A stretch of DNA of 64,000 nt from Eubacteriales bacterium. GTDB lineage: Bacteria > Bacillota > Clostridia > Oscillospirales > CAG-272. Below are positions 17,604-27,618 of the stretch, piece after piece. Position numbers and translations under genes: made by a program. The DNA is taken from the NCBI GenBank assembly GCA_045587665.1, contig JAZNCT010000088.1, forward strand, positions 13,621 to 77,620, written 5' to 3'. The notes beneath the pieces were generated by a model that saw only the letters and a program-made list of their open reading frames with translations, did no database searches and was not told where the DNA came from. Within the stretch, counting starts at the first letter, position 1. Each line of letters opens with the position of its first letter.

Positions 17604-18608
17604 ATGTCTAAGCTTTATATACCCGAGGGCTATTCTTCTGAGCTGACTGTGCGCCAAACAGAGCTTGCCATAAAAAAAGTCAAGGACTTTTTTGAGCGCG
17701 ATCTTGCCATCGGTCTTAATTTAACGAGAGTTTCTGCTCCCATTTTTGTTGAAGCAACAAGCGGTCTCAACGATACTCTCAGCGGCATCGAACGCCCTGT
17801 TGATTTTTCGGTTTTTTCGGGTGAACGCTTTGAAATAGTTCAGTCTCTTGCAAAATGGAAGAGAATGGCACTAAAGCAATATGAATTTAAGGTTGGCGAG
17901 GGTCTTTATACCGATATGAACGCAATTCGCCGTGACGAGGAGACCGACAATATCCACTCTATCTTTGTTGACCAATGGGACTGGGAAAAGGTGATAACAA
18001 AAGAGCAGAGAACAATGGAAACCCTGAAAAAAGCGGTTACAAACATCTATGCGGCTATCCGCCACACAGAAAACTATATTGTTGATGATTATAATTTTAT
18101 CGAAAGCCTTTTGCCGGAAGATGTTACCTTTATCACAACGCAGGAGCTTGAAGATAAATATCCGGGTCTCACTCCAAAAGAGAGAGAATACCGTGCCGCA
18201 AAGGAATACGGAGCTATCTTTATTCTCCAGATAGGCGGAAAGCTACGCTCGGGAAGCATCCACGACGGCAGAGCTCCCGACTATGATGATTGGTCGCTTA
18301 ACGGAGACCTTATAGTTTATTATCCTGTGCTTGATATTGCTCTTGAGCTTTCTTCCATGGGCATCAGAGTTGACGAGGAAGCCCTTCGCAGACAGCTTAT
18401 AGAAAGAGGCTGCACAGAGAGAGAGTCGCTCCCATTTCACAGCGCACTTCTGCGTGGAGAGCTGCCGTATACCATTGGCGGCGGCATCGGTCAATCAAGG
18501 CTTTGTATGTTCTTTTTGCGCAAAGCCCATATCGGTGAGGTTCAATCCTCATTCTGGCCAAAGGATGTTGTGGACCAATGTGAAAAGCGCGGTGTAAAGC
18601 TGCTTTAA
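17604..18608 (+). CDS. asnA: Aspartate--ammonia ligase (asparagine synthetase A)
   Basis: MSKLYIPEGYSSELTVRQTELAIKKVKDFFERDLAIGLNLTRVSAPIFV...NAIRRDEE.DNIHSIFVDQWDWEKVI...GGGIGQSRLCMFFL: the class II aaRS-like AsnA signature. Confidence 0.92.
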   Translation: MSKLYIPEGYSSELTVRQTELAIKKVKDFFERDLAIGLNLTRVSAPIFVEATSGLNDTLSGIERPVDFSVFSGERFEIVQSLAKWKRMALKQYEFKVGEGLYTDMNAIRRDEETDNIHSIFVDQWDWEKVITKEQRTMETLKKAVTNIYAAIRHTENYIVDDYNFIESLLPEDVTFITTQELEDKYPGLTPKEREYRAAKEYGAIFILQIGGKLRSGSIHDGRAPDYDDWSLNGDLIVYYPVLDIALELSSMGIRVDEEALRRQLIERGCTERESLPFHSALLRGELPYTIGGGIGQSRLCMFFLRKAHIGEVQSSFWPKDVVDQCEKRGVKLL

Positions 18609-18631
18609 TAGAACGGTTGTTTAATCATAAC

Positions 18632-18674
18632 AAAAAAGACCTTTACAGAAAAAATCTGTGAAGGTCTTTTTTGT
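18632..18674. terminator. Bidirectional intrinsic terminator (asnA / comM-like)
   Basis: aaaaaagacctttacaga-aaaaa-tctgtgaaggtcttttttg, flanked by A- and T-runs. Confidence 0.8.
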
Positions 18675-18719
18675 TTTCATTTTCACATTGATATTTTTAG
18701 TAACTGCACCACCTAAAAG

Positions 18720-20261
18720 CTATCCCTTTCTCCAATATTTTCTGTCAAGACTGCGATATTGAATAGCCTCGGCAACGTGGGGCACCTCAACCTTTTCGCT
18801 TCCGTCAAGATCTGCAATGGTTCTGGCAACTCTTATGATGCGGTCATATGCCCTGGCAGAGAGGCCAATGGCAGAAAAGGATTTTCTCAGCAGCTCTATA
18901 GCCGCCTCGCTGATGTTTATTACCTCATTTGGCGCACCCGGTCTTATCTGAGCGTTGCAGTAGATGCCATCCATTCCCTCAAACCGCTTTGACGCCATTT
19001 TTCTTGCCCTTACGACCCTTTCTCTGATAGACGCAGAGTCCTCTCCTCTCTCATCGCTTGTCATCTCGTCTATGCTGAGCGAGGGCATTTCAACCTCAAT
19101 ATCAATTCTGTCAAGCAGTGGGCCGCTTACTCTTGAAATATACCTTGCAACAGCACCCTCACCGCAGGTGCATTTTTCTGTGGGATGTCCGAAATATCCG
19201 CATTTGCAAGGGTTCATGGCGCAAACGAGCATAAATGAGGAGGGATATGTAACCCTGCCGTTTACTCTGGTTATGGTCACCTTTCCGTCCTCAAGAGGCT
19301 GACGCAGAGAATCGGTAACATTTTTACTGTATTCGGGAAGCTCGTCCAAAAAAAGAACTCCGTTGTGAGCCAGCGAAACCTCCCCCGGCACAGGATTTGC
19401 TCCGCCGCCAACCATGCTGGCAGAGCTCATTGTGTGATGAGGCGATCTGAAGGGACGTGTGCGCAGAAGCGACACATTTTCGGGCAAGAGCCCTGCAACC
19501 GAATGTATTTTTGTTGTTTCAATAGATTCTTCAAATGTAAGTGGAGGCATAATTGAGGGCAGACGCTTTGCTATCATTGATTTTCCCGTGCCGGGAGGTC
19601 CTATCAGAAGAATATTGTGTCCTCCGGCGGCGGCGATCTCCATTGCTCTCTTCGCCATTCCCTGACCCTTTATGTCAGCAAAATCCATCTCCGGAACGCT
19701 TCCGTCCTTCTCAAAAATAGAGTGGGCAGCTTCTGTTGGCTTCAGCCGTTCCTTGCCGCAAAGATGCTGTATAAGTGTATGAACGTCATCAACGCCGTAA
19801 ACGGTAATCCCCTCAACCGATGCAGCCTCAGCAGCATTTGCGGCCGGAGCATAAAACTCCTTAAAGCCTGCATCTCTTGCAGCGGCGCACATACAAAGAA
19901 CGCCTCTCACGCCTCTGACCTCCCCCGAAAGAGAAAGCTCTCCAACAAAGCATTTTTTTTCAAAGCTCACAGAGCCGATATATCCGGCAGCGCCGATTAT
20001 TCCAAGTAAGATCGAAAGGTCAAAGCCTGAGCCCTCCTTTCTCCTGTCTGCAGGCGCAAGATTGACCGTTATCTCACTTTCAGGAAATCTGAATCCGCTG
20101 TTTATACAGGCAGTCCTTACCCTTTCCTTAGCCTCCTTAACGGCAAGGTCTGGCAGACCGACTATCTCAAATCTACCCAGCTTTACATCAGAGTTACATT
20201 CAACCGTAACTATATATCCATCAACGCCGCTGTTGCCGGCGCTCCAAACCGATGTCAGCAT
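18720..20261 (-). CDS. YifB/ComM family Mg-chelatase-like AAA+ ATPase
   Basis: 513 aa. An N-terminal Lon-protease-like domain is followed by Walker A LIGPPGTGKSM, Walker B GVLFLDELPE, and a C-terminal ARAYDRIIRVARTIADLDGSEKV. Confidence 0.9.
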   Translation of the reverse strand: MLTSVWSAGNSGVDGYIVTVECNSDVKLGRFEIVGLPDLAVKEAKERVRTACINSGFRFPESEITVNLAPADRRKEGSGFDLSILLGIIGAAGYIGSVSFEKKCFVGELSLSGEVRGVRGVLCMCAAARDAGFKEFYAPAANAAEAASVEGITVYGVDDVHTLIQHLCGKERLKPTEAAHSIFEKDGSVPEMDFADIKGQGMAKRAMEIAAAGGHNILLIGPPGTGKSMIAKRLPSIMPPLTFEESIETTKIHSVAGLLPENVSLLRTRPFRSPHHTMSSASMVGGGANPVPGEVSLAHNGVLFLDELPEYSKNVTDSLRQPLEDGKVTITRVNGRVTYPSSFMLVCAMNPCKCGYFGHPTEKCTCGEGAVARYISRVSGPLLDRIDIEVEMPSLSIDEMTSDERGEDSASIRERVVRARKMASKRFEGMDGIYCNAQIRPGAPNEVINISEAAIELLRKSFSAIGLSARAYDRIIRVARTIADLDGSEKVEVPHVAEAIQYRSLDRKYWRKG

Positions 20262-20282
20262 AAAACAATTCTCCTTTCGGCT

Positions 20283-21140
20283 TTACCCTTTAAACAAAAA
20301 GAAATATAAAAATACAAGCACGGCAAGAATTATGCGGTATATTCCAAAGGGTATAAAGGTGTGCTTTTTAACAAAGCCCATAAGAAACTTTATAGCTATC
20401 ACAGAAACAACATATGAAACTATACAGCCAACAATAAGAATAGCAATTTCGGTAATGCTTATCTCGGTTCCGCCGAGAGTAAATTTCAGTGCCTTCAGTG
20501 CAGAAGCCCCAAGCATTGTGGGGAGAGCAAGGAAAAAGGACATTTCTGCCGCCGCACTTCTGGAAAGCCCAAGTAAAAGTCCGCCAAGAATAGTTGAACC
20601 GCTTCTTGAAGTGCCGGGAATCAGCGCAAGCACCTGAAAGCATCCCATAAGAAATGCCTTTCCGTATGAGATATCATGAACCTCGCTTATCCCTTGTTTT
20701 TTGCCGCGCCTTACATATTCAACAATTATATAAAATATGCCGTAAAGAGCAAGAGTAAACGCCACGGTCTGAGCATTATAAAAATGCTCGTCAAACCAAT
20801 CGTCAAGGGCAAGACCTATCACAGCAGAAGGAATAACAGCAAATATCACCTTGCCCCAAAGAGAAAATGTCCTTTTGTTTTCACTGCAGTTAAAGAATCC
20901 GCCGCTTCCGCAATTCTTGAATTTTGGAAGGAGAGTTTTTATAAACAGACCAAGAACAGCAAGAGATGCACCAAGCTGTATAACCACCTCAAACATTTCA
21001 AAAAACTCTTCAGAAACCGCAAGGGGCAAAAGCTCTCTAAGTAAAATCAGATGCCCGGTTGAGCTTATGGGAAGCCACTCGGTTATTCCCTCAACTATTC
21101 CGTAAAGGACCGTTTTAAGTAGTTCAATAAATATGCTCAT
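20283..21140 (-). CDS. uppP: Undecaprenyl-diphosphate phosphatase
   Basis: ORF 20283..21167; I prefer the ATG at 21140 (MSIFIELLKT). Motifs: GIVEGITEWLPISSTGHL and PGTSRSGSTI. Confidence 0.9.
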   Translation of the reverse strand: MSIFIELLKTVLYGIVEGITEWLPISSTGHLILLRELLPLAVSEEFFEMFEVVIQLGASLAVLGLFIKTLLPKFKNCGSGGFFNCSENKRTFSLWGKVIFAVIPSAVIGLALDDWFDEHFYNAQTVAFTLALYGIFYIIVEYVRRGKKQGISEVHDISYGKAFLMGCFQVLALIPGTSRSGSTILGGLLLGLSRSAAAEMSFFLALPTMLGASALKALKFTLGGTEISITEIAILIVGCIVSYVVSVIAIKFLMGFVKKHTFIPFGIYRIILAVLVFLYFFLFKG

Positions 21141-21153
21141 AGTATTCCTTTCG

Positions 21154-22413
21154 TCATTCGCCTGCACGCATTATGTCGCCCTCTTTAACTTCAAAGGGGA
21201 CTCTGGCAAAAAATATCATAGAGGGATGTGGAGCAGATTCCAACCTTTCGCCCTTTTCCGAATATATCTCGGTCATCTTAAATGGTGCTCCCACCTTGTG
21301 AGGGGAAATCAGCTCGCAGTCATCTCCCACAGACACCTTGTTTCGCTGAATAAAGGGATAGAGCCTGCCGCCCTCGTTTTCAGCCTCCGTGCTGTTGGGA
21401 AGCTTTATGTTTCCAAGGGCCGTAGCAAAATATGCCTTGTCTCTTATATATCCGTTTTGTGTTCCAAGATTTGCATTTTCAAGGGGATGATCAAAATAAT
21501 AGCCTGTGCAGTATTCTCTGTGGCTAACGCATCCAAGCTCCTTTAAAAGAGCCTCATCAAATCTATAATTTTCGGGGTCGGCTTCATAAGAATCCATTGC
21601 CATTCTGTAGGCATTTGTAACCACTGCGGTGTAATATGCGCTCTTCATTCTGCCCTCTATCTTAAAGCTGTCGATCCCACTTTGCATAAGAGCCGGGATA
21701 TGCTCTATCATACACATATCCTTTGAGCCAAGGATAAATGTGCCGTTTTCGGTCTGCTCGATAGGCAGCGGAACGTCGGGTCTTTTTTCCTCAACCAAGG
21801 CAAAGTTCCAGCGGCAGGGCTGAGTGCAGGAGCCGCGGTTTGCATCTCTGCCGGTAAGATAATTTGAAAGGGTGCAACGACCGCTGTATGAAACGCACAT
21901 AGAACCGTGTATAAAGGCTTCAAGCTCAAGCTCCTTCGGTATATCCGCCTTTATTTCCGCTATCTCAGCAAGCGAAAGCTCTCTTGCGAGCACCACTCTC
22001 TTTGCCCCCAAATTATAGTAGGCACGGCAAACAGCGGCGCTGACAGCGCTGGCCTGAGTTGAAATGTGTATCTCCATATCGGGTATGATCTTTTTAACCG
22101 TGTCAAGAACTCCAAGATCTGCTATAATCATAGCGTCAATCCCGTAGTCGGCAACCGTTCTCAAATATCTTTCAAGGGCAGGATATTCATAGCCTCTTGG
22201 CATAGTATTTACAGTGAGATATATTCTTTTTCCTCTTGCGTGAACATATTCGGCAGCTCTTTTCAGCTCTTCCTCCGAAAAATTATCGGCGGCGCTTCTC
22301 ATTCCAAAAAGATTTCCGGCAAGATATACCGCATCTGCCCCGTAAAGCAAAGCGGCTTTCATTTTTTCAAAATTCCCGGCAGGGGAAAGAAGCTCTGGCA
22401 TAGATTTCTCCAT
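21154..22413 (-). CDS. Peptidase U32 family protein
   Basis: PELLSPAGNFEKMKAALLYGADAVYLAG ... ELEAFIHGSMCVSYSGRCTLSNYLTGRDANRGSCTQPCRW: U32 signature. Confidence 0.85.
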   Translation of the reverse strand: MEKSMPELLSPAGNFEKMKAALLYGADAVYLAGNLFGMRSAADNFSEEELKRAAEYVHARGKRIYLTVNTMPRGYEYPALERYLRTVADYGIDAMIIADLGVLDTVKKIIPDMEIHISTQASAVSAAVCRAYYNLGAKRVVLARELSLAEIAEIKADIPKELELEAFIHGSMCVSYSGRCTLSNYLTGRDANRGSCTQPCRWNFALVEEKRPDVPLPIEQTENGTFILGSKDMCMIEHIPALMQSGIDSFKIEGRMKSAYYTAVVTNAYRMAMDSYEADPENYRFDEALLKELGCVSHREYCTGYYFDHPLENANLGTQNGYIRDKAYFATALGNIKLPNSTEAENEGGRLYPFIQRNKVSVGDDCELISPHKVGAPFKMTEIYSEKGERLESAPHPSMIFFARVPFEVKEGDIMRAGE

Positions 22414-22499
22414 TCTTTATAATGTTTATGGCAGTTTTCTGCCAAACGCAGGTATTCTATATTATAATACGCTCATGTAATGTTGTCAAGAAAATTTGC

Positions 22500-23384
22500 T
22501 CAGCGTCTGAATCCACAAGTGTGGCAAAGAGGCTCTATAAATCGGTGATGCTCCATAGCCTCTTTCATTTTTTTAGCTCTTTGACCGGAGAGTATTTCAC
22601 CAAGTGAGCTTTCAAATATATTCCCCAGCGGAATATCTCCGTTTCTGTCAAGGCAGCAGGGAACGACCGTCCCGTCGCAGAGAATACCTATCTGAGTGAG
22701 AAGTGCCTGGCATTTATCACTGCCGTATTCCGAAGCGAAGGGTTCGACCTCAATTGGAGCTTCGGTTATATCAGGCCAATCAAAGCGTTCGCCCCATTCA
22801 ATAAAGATGTGTGTTGCAATGCGAACTCCTCTGTGGTTTTTGACCCATTCCTCTCTTGAAGGCGGAAAAGCTTTTTCAAGCTCCTTTAAAATAGCTCCAT
22901 TCAGCGAATTTTGTGCCTTTTCCTTGCTGTCGCCGTCAAGATTCCAAAGTCTGAACACAACAAATTTTCCGCTTTTTGCAAGCTTTTCGGCGGCAGTTAT
23001 ACATCCTTCGAGATATTTTTTCAGCTTCAGCATCACCATATTCCCCATAGAATTTCCCTCAAAAGAATGAAGGGAAATACAAACGGTTTTCAGATTTTTA
23101 CTGCTGCAGAGAATATCCAGATTATCCATAATAACAGTGCCGTTTGTAGTTAGTTTTACGTTGAAATTCATTTCATCGGCAGTTTCAAAAATTCTCTTTA
23201 GCTTTGGGTGAAGAAGAGGTTCACCCATAATATGAAGAAATAGATTTTCAACCTTTCCGCTCAGCTTTTTTGCTATAATATCAAATTCTTCAGGATCCAT
23301 ATGGCGATATGCCCGTTTGTGCCCCGGGCAGAATTCACAGTCAAGATTGCAGATATTGGTTATTTCAACATATGCATTTTTCAT
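22500..23384 (-). CDS. Radical SAM protein with a C-terminal SPASM/twitch-like Cys cluster
   Basis: CX3CX2C motif (ITNICNLDCEFCPG). C-terminal cysteines: DKCQ, LCDGTVVPCCLDRNGDIPLGNI, CHTCG. 294 aa. Confidence 0.8.
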   Translation of the reverse strand: MKNAYVEITNICNLDCEFCPGHKRAYRHMDPEEFDIIAKKLSGKVENLFLHIMGEPLLHPKLKRIFETADEMNFNVKLTTNGTVIMDNLDILCSSKNLKTVCISLHSFEGNSMGNMVMLKLKKYLEGCITAAEKLAKSGKFVVFRLWNLDGDSKEKAQNSLNGAILKELEKAFPPSREEWVKNHRGVRIATHIFIEWGERFDWPDITEAPIEVEPFASEYGSDKCQALLTQIGILCDGTVVPCCLDRNGDIPLGNIFESSLGEILSGQRAKKMKEAMEHHRFIEPLCHTCGFRR

Positions 23385-23396
23385 AGTCCACTTTCC

Positions 23397-23915
23397 TTAA
23401 AAAAGCTTTTTTTCAAACGCAAATCGTTCGTTTTTCATATCCTTTATGCCGCCCAGATATATGATCCCGCATTTTCTGAAACCGTTTTTTTCAAACATTC
23501 TCTGCATAGAAAGATTTAAGCGGTGAGTATCTCCCCTCACATATCCAAAGCCCTGACCGGCGGCAAGCGCAAATGCGTGTTCTGTCATTTTTCCTGCAAT
23601 CCCCTTGCCCTTTGCCTGTGGGGCAACTGCAACTCGGTGTATTGCAGCATAAGGCGCCGATGAGCTGAAGCTTCCCTCAAATATTTCATCATAGTTGGAA
23701 TCTCCACGGGTATCATAGCAGTAAACACCAAGGACAGAGCCGTTTTCCTCAGCAACATAAAGTCGGTCACCGGCGATATCCGCTTCAAATTCGCTATGGG
23801 AAGGATAACCGTCCTGCCACTGAGGTATTCCCGCACCTGCAAAATATTTTCTCGCCTCTTCCACTATCTCCATTATTCTGAAAAGATCCTTTTTTTCTGC
23901 TTTTCTTATTATCAT
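23397..23915 (-). CDS. GNAT family N-acetyltransferase
   Basis: 172 aa. Acetyl-CoA binding pattern RVAVAPQAKGKGIAGKM and C-terminal NLSMQRMFEKNGFRKCG. Confidence 0.8.
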   Translation of the reverse strand: MIIRKAEKKDLFRIMEIVEEARKYFAGAGIPQWQDGYPSHSEFEADIAGDRLYVAEENGSVLGVYCYDTRGDSNYDEIFEGSFSSSAPYAAIHRVAVAPQAKGKGIAGKMTEHAFALAAGQGFGYVRGDTHRLNLSMQRMFEKNGFRKCGIIYLGGIKDMKNERFAFEKKLF

Positions 23916-23925
23916 ATCTTTTCTC

Positions 23926-24759
23926 CTATCCTATCATCGAAACCGAGCGGATTATCTGAGGCGAACGGCGCCTGTATTCACTTGGCGACATTCCTGTCTG
24001 CCTCACAAAAGCACGGTTAAAGGTTCGCAGTGTGTTAAATCCCACACATTCGGATATCTCTGTTATAGTTTTATCCGTCTGCCTTAATTGCCTACAGGCA
24101 TCACTTATTCTAAGAGAATTGATGTAGTCATTAAATCTTACCTTCAGCTTCATACTGAAAAGATGCGAAATATAATATTTGCTTATGTGAAGCTCCTCTT
24201 CGAGGATACCGAGAGAAAGATCCCGTGAAAAATTTCTTGAGCAATAGTTTACAACAGTTTTCAGTGCATGGGAGCTTACCGATTTAACATCGGTAAGGCT
24301 CAGATGCCCCATAAGATCGCCCAAAAAAGTCAAAAGCACGCCTTTTAGAATTATATTTTTATATTCGTTTTTCTCTGCACCTATCTCTCCCATTTTTCTC
24401 ATCAGCTCTTTTGCGCCTTTTGGCAGGTTCTCCGATCTTATAAGGGAAGATTCCGGACATCTTCCTCCAAATTCTTCCGAGAGCTCCGGCAGCATATCGG
24501 GATTGAATATCACAAGAAAATATTTTTCCTTTTTGAGAGTTTTAAACTGATGTACCTGATTTGGAAACACAATGCAAAGGTCGCCCGCCTTCATCCTGTA
24601 TTCCACCGAATCTATATAAGCCAGAGTTTCTCCCTCAAGAAGGAGACACACCTCTATCTGATAGTGCATATGAGGCGAACATTCAAGCTTTATCCTGCTG
24701 TTTTCCCCCTCGGTTCTGAAATAGAATTCTTCTTTTTTTATTTCATAATTAGCTTCCAT
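23926..24759 (-). CDS. AraC family transcriptional regulator (cupin-type N-domain plus HTH)
   Basis: N-terminal cupin-like region (HMHYQIEVCLLLEGE...AGDLCIVFPNQVHQF). C-terminal AraC HTH (ISECVGFNTLRTFNRAFVRQTGMSPSEYRR). Its ATG overlaps the stop of the upstream gene by 1 nt. Confidence 0.85.
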   Translation of the reverse strand: MEANYEIKKEEFYFRTEGENSRIKLECSPHMHYQIEVCLLLEGETLAYIDSVEYRMKAGDLCIVFPNQVHQFKTLKKEKYFLVIFNPDMLPELSEEFGGRCPESSLIRSENLPKGAKELMRKMGEIGAEKNEYKNIILKGVLLTFLGDLMGHLSLTDVKSVSSHALKTVVNYCSRNFSRDLSLGILEEELHISKYYISHLFSMKLKVRFNDYINSLRISDACRQLRQTDKTITEISECVGFNTLRTFNRAFVRQTGMSPSEYRRRSPQIIRSVSMIG

Positions 24760-27344
24760 TAGGATCTCCTGTTCTTATATGGTGCATTGTTTTGATGACC
24801 TACTTTTCTCTGCGGTTGAATATTTCTCTGCCGCTCTCCGTTCTCTCTCGCTCTTCTTAAATCCCCACCGTTTCCGGCAAGAGGTCTTTGAGAGGGAGGA
24901 TAAAGTGGGCGTCCGCCTCCCGAAGAACCAACACCTCTGTTTATCGGCGGTCTTTGCCCCTGTAGCCCGGGTCTCCCCTGCCTGATTTGGGGTTCTCTGT
25001 TTCTCATATTGCCTCTCTGGGGCGGCATGGGTCTCTCCGGCAGTCTCCTTTTGCTCAAAATAAAGAGAAAACCAAAAACAAATAGGACGACAAGTGCAAG
25101 GATAACCGCAATTATTATAAAGACCGCGCCCTTGCCCTCTTGTTTTATTGTTGCCGAAATATTTTCTATATATAGAAGAAGATCCTGTGCCTCTGCCCCC
25201 TCATAATATGGAGAGCGTCCTATACGGGATTCCACCCAAATATACATAGTAACATCCCCGAGCTCCTTCCTCAGCCTCGCTTCGCTTATATCAAATGTCA
25301 CCTTTTGCCTGTTTGAGGACTGAATATTTACCTTTGAAGCATGAAAAACGCTTTTTTCTGCGCCGCTTTGGGTAAGAGCAAGGGTAAGGGTTGCTGTGTT
25401 TCCTTCACCGCTGTCAGCACTTATATATGTAGATATCTTCTCTGCAGAGCCAATAATATCAAAAGGTATGGGGGCGCTTCTCACACCCATATTTTCACCC
25501 TTATATTTTGGCAGCATACCGCTTTTAAGAACTCTGTCGCCCAGATATTCGCCTATCTCAATATATGAGGTACTGTCTGAGGGGAAGAAATCGAAGCTTT
25601 TTCCCTCACTGAAGTTGAAAATGATCTGTTCACTAAAAGAACTTTCATCCGGTCTTTTTTCGCCGGAGCCCCAAGAAGAGGTCATATCCAAACTTCTTAT
25701 ATCTTCACCGTATTTATCCCACAGCAAATTCCATTCTTTTCCTATCTTTGTCTCTACATATTTGGGCTGTGGCTCATCTATAACATCAATTTTTTGAAAA
25801 ACGTCGTAGATCTTTCTTTTTTCGGGTTCATTTTCTCCTTGCGGAGAAGTGAAAAGACCTGTTTTTCCGTTTCCTGTGGCAAAATCAAATTGACCGTTGT
25901 AAATAAATGCCGAAGCATTGCTTTCTACTGCTTTAAGGAAAGCATAGGCATAGGAAGCCGCCATAGATATCTCGTTTTCGGCACTTATTCCGAAATTATA
26001 TATTATCAGTTCCTTCTCTTCGCCAATCAGACTTCGCGCCTCTCCAAGATTTTTAATTGTGAGAAATTCGCTTTCTCCGCTTTCCTTTGCCCCCTTGTCA
26101 CGCCAGATCTCAGAGCTGTTCTCTGAGCAGTTTGGAATAAGCGCAACCCCATAATAGAGACCCGGGGCATTCTCTGTTTGTTTTTTCAGCGCATCAAGAA
26201 ATTCCGCACCCCCAAATTCTGTTCTCAGAGGAATTGGTGCCGCAGGATTTAATTCATCTTCATCCTTTTCCTCTTCTCTCTCGATATTCCATTTATTATC
26301 TATCGAAACAAATATCTTTCCGTTTGCATACTTTGACCTTAGTGCCGTTGAGGCTATGCTTAGAAGCTTTGAATAACGCTCGACGCTTTCGGAAAGTGTC
26401 CTGGCATCATCCTTCCATGCACTTGAGGGCGAGTTTACCCCCCTGCCTATTATGTATGCCGCCGCAAAGCCGTATTTACCGTCCTCTCTTGTATAGCGTT
26501 CGGCAAGAAATTCAAAAAAAGCAGCCAGCTGTCTGTAGCTGTCTCCGTTTGAAGCAGAAATGGCATAGCCTTCTGCCTCGTTCTCCTCTTCATATGTCCC
26601 TTGCATAGAGGCCAAAGGCAACATTTGGGAAGAAAGAAGACTCGGATGCGTATCAAGGGTAATTTCAAAATATATTTCAATTCCCGAACCGCTCAGGTTT
26701 TTAACCTTATAGTCAAGCTCTGCTATCTTTGCGCCGTCATAGTAATGAGAATTCCCGTCAAAAATATATGTCTGTGCCCCCTTTGTGCCCTCGTAAATAA
26801 TATAGTCCTCAATAGGCAAACGCAAAACGGTATGCTTTACTCCAAGAGAAAGGGCATCCGAAGAAGATGCTATGCTTAGTCCTTTAATTGAAGAATATGA
26901 AGGGTAATTTGACTTGTTTTTCGCAAGCGCATCCACGTTATCTATATAGGCCGCATCACTCAGAGCAATGTATCCGTTTGCATTATCAAAAGCGGCAAGA
27001 ACAAAGCTTGAATAGAGGCGGGTCCTTGCCCCGTCAATAAGGGGAATACTGAAGGTCATCTCAGCTCCTGCCTTTGCCTGAGAAACAGGTATAAGTGTCT
27101 TTATATCGGCAGCAGAGCTGTTTGCAGGAATTTCGATAAGATATATAGTCTCTCCCCTGAATTCTCTTATATCAGCAGATGAAAGAACAGAGCTGATCTC
27201 GATAAGACGGCTCTCGGTGTTATAGGAAGCAGATAGAATTCTGCTTCCCTCTTTTTCTTCCCTTTGTGAGCAGGATGACATCAGCGCAGACAATATAAAA
27301 AACGTAATTAGCAGGATACCGCTGATTTTTATTTTTTTCATCAT
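24759..27344 (-). CDS. Large surface lipoprotein-like protein with a C-terminal TM helix and an Arg/Pro/Gly/Gln-rich cytoplasmic tail
   Basis: ORF 24759..27359; I prefer the ATG at 27344, which follows gaggag. Lipobox-like signal ILLITFFILSALMSSC. A ~700-aa ectodomain has no motif I recognise. TM helix AVFIIIAVILALVVLFVFGFLFIL, then a ~110-aa low-complexity tail (RGNMRNREPQIRQGRPGLQGQRPPINRGVGSSGGGRPLYPPSQRPLAGNGG...). Confidence 0.65.
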   Translation of the reverse strand: MMKKIKISGILLITFFILSALMSSCSQREEKEGSRILSASYNTESRLIEISSVLSSADIREFRGETIYLIEIPANSSAADIKTLIPVSQAKAGAEMTFSIPLIDGARTRLYSSFVLAAFDNANGYIALSDAAYIDNVDALAKNKSNYPSYSSIKGLSIASSSDALSLGVKHTVLRLPIEDYIIYEGTKGAQTYIFDGNSHYYDGAKIAELDYKVKNLSGSGIEIYFEITLDTHPSLLSSQMLPLASMQGTYEEENEAEGYAISASNGDSYRQLAAFFEFLAERYTREDGKYGFAAAYIIGRGVNSPSSAWKDDARTLSESVERYSKLLSIASTALRSKYANGKIFVSIDNKWNIEREEEKDEDELNPAAPIPLRTEFGGAEFLDALKKQTENAPGLYYGVALIPNCSENSSEIWRDKGAKESGESEFLTIKNLGEARSLIGEEKELIIYNFGISAENEISMAASYAYAFLKAVESNASAFIYNGQFDFATGNGKTGLFTSPQGENEPEKRKIYDVFQKIDVIDEPQPKYVETKIGKEWNLLWDKYGEDIRSLDMTSSWGSGEKRPDESSFSEQIIFNFSEGKSFDFFPSDSTSYIEIGEYLGDRVLKSGMLPKYKGENMGVRSAPIPFDIIGSAEKISTYISADSGEGNTATLTLALTQSGAEKSVFHASKVNIQSSNRQKVTFDISEARLRKELGDVTMYIWVESRIGRSPYYEGAEAQDLLLYIENISATIKQEGKGAVFIIIAVILALVVLFVFGFLFILSKRRLPERPMPPQRGNMRNREPQIRQGRPGLQGQRPPINRGVGSSGGGRPLYPPSQRPLAGNGGDLRRARENGERQRNIQPQRKVGHQNNAPYKNRRS

Positions 27345-27618
27345 TTCCACTCCTCTCAAAAAAGAAAAAAATTGCTGTTTTAAGTTGGAAAAGTTTTATT
27401 TTTCCCTATTTTTCAGACAAATAATGCTTTTTTAGATTATAACATATATTTCTCTTCTTTTCAATAGTCTTCCGCTCTTTTAAATCGAATTTTGTTGTTT
27501 TTTATTTTAAAAAGCAAAAATACATAGGGGATTATAAAATTTAATACTATATTCATAATTATGTTGTATAATACTTTGACAGTTGTTTTTTCGTCAAAAT
27601 CCTTTTTGGAGTAGCTTT

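Noticed and set aside
19617-20637. Plus-strand ORFs of 130-191 aa antisense to the comM-like and uppP genes (19617..20009, 20062..20637). Similar long antisense ORFs occur at 39925..40473, 51704..52402, 45059..45448 and 60167..60682.
   Set aside because: All lie fully within strongly supported genes on the opposite strand and lack start signals. They are shadow ORFs favoured by codon bias.
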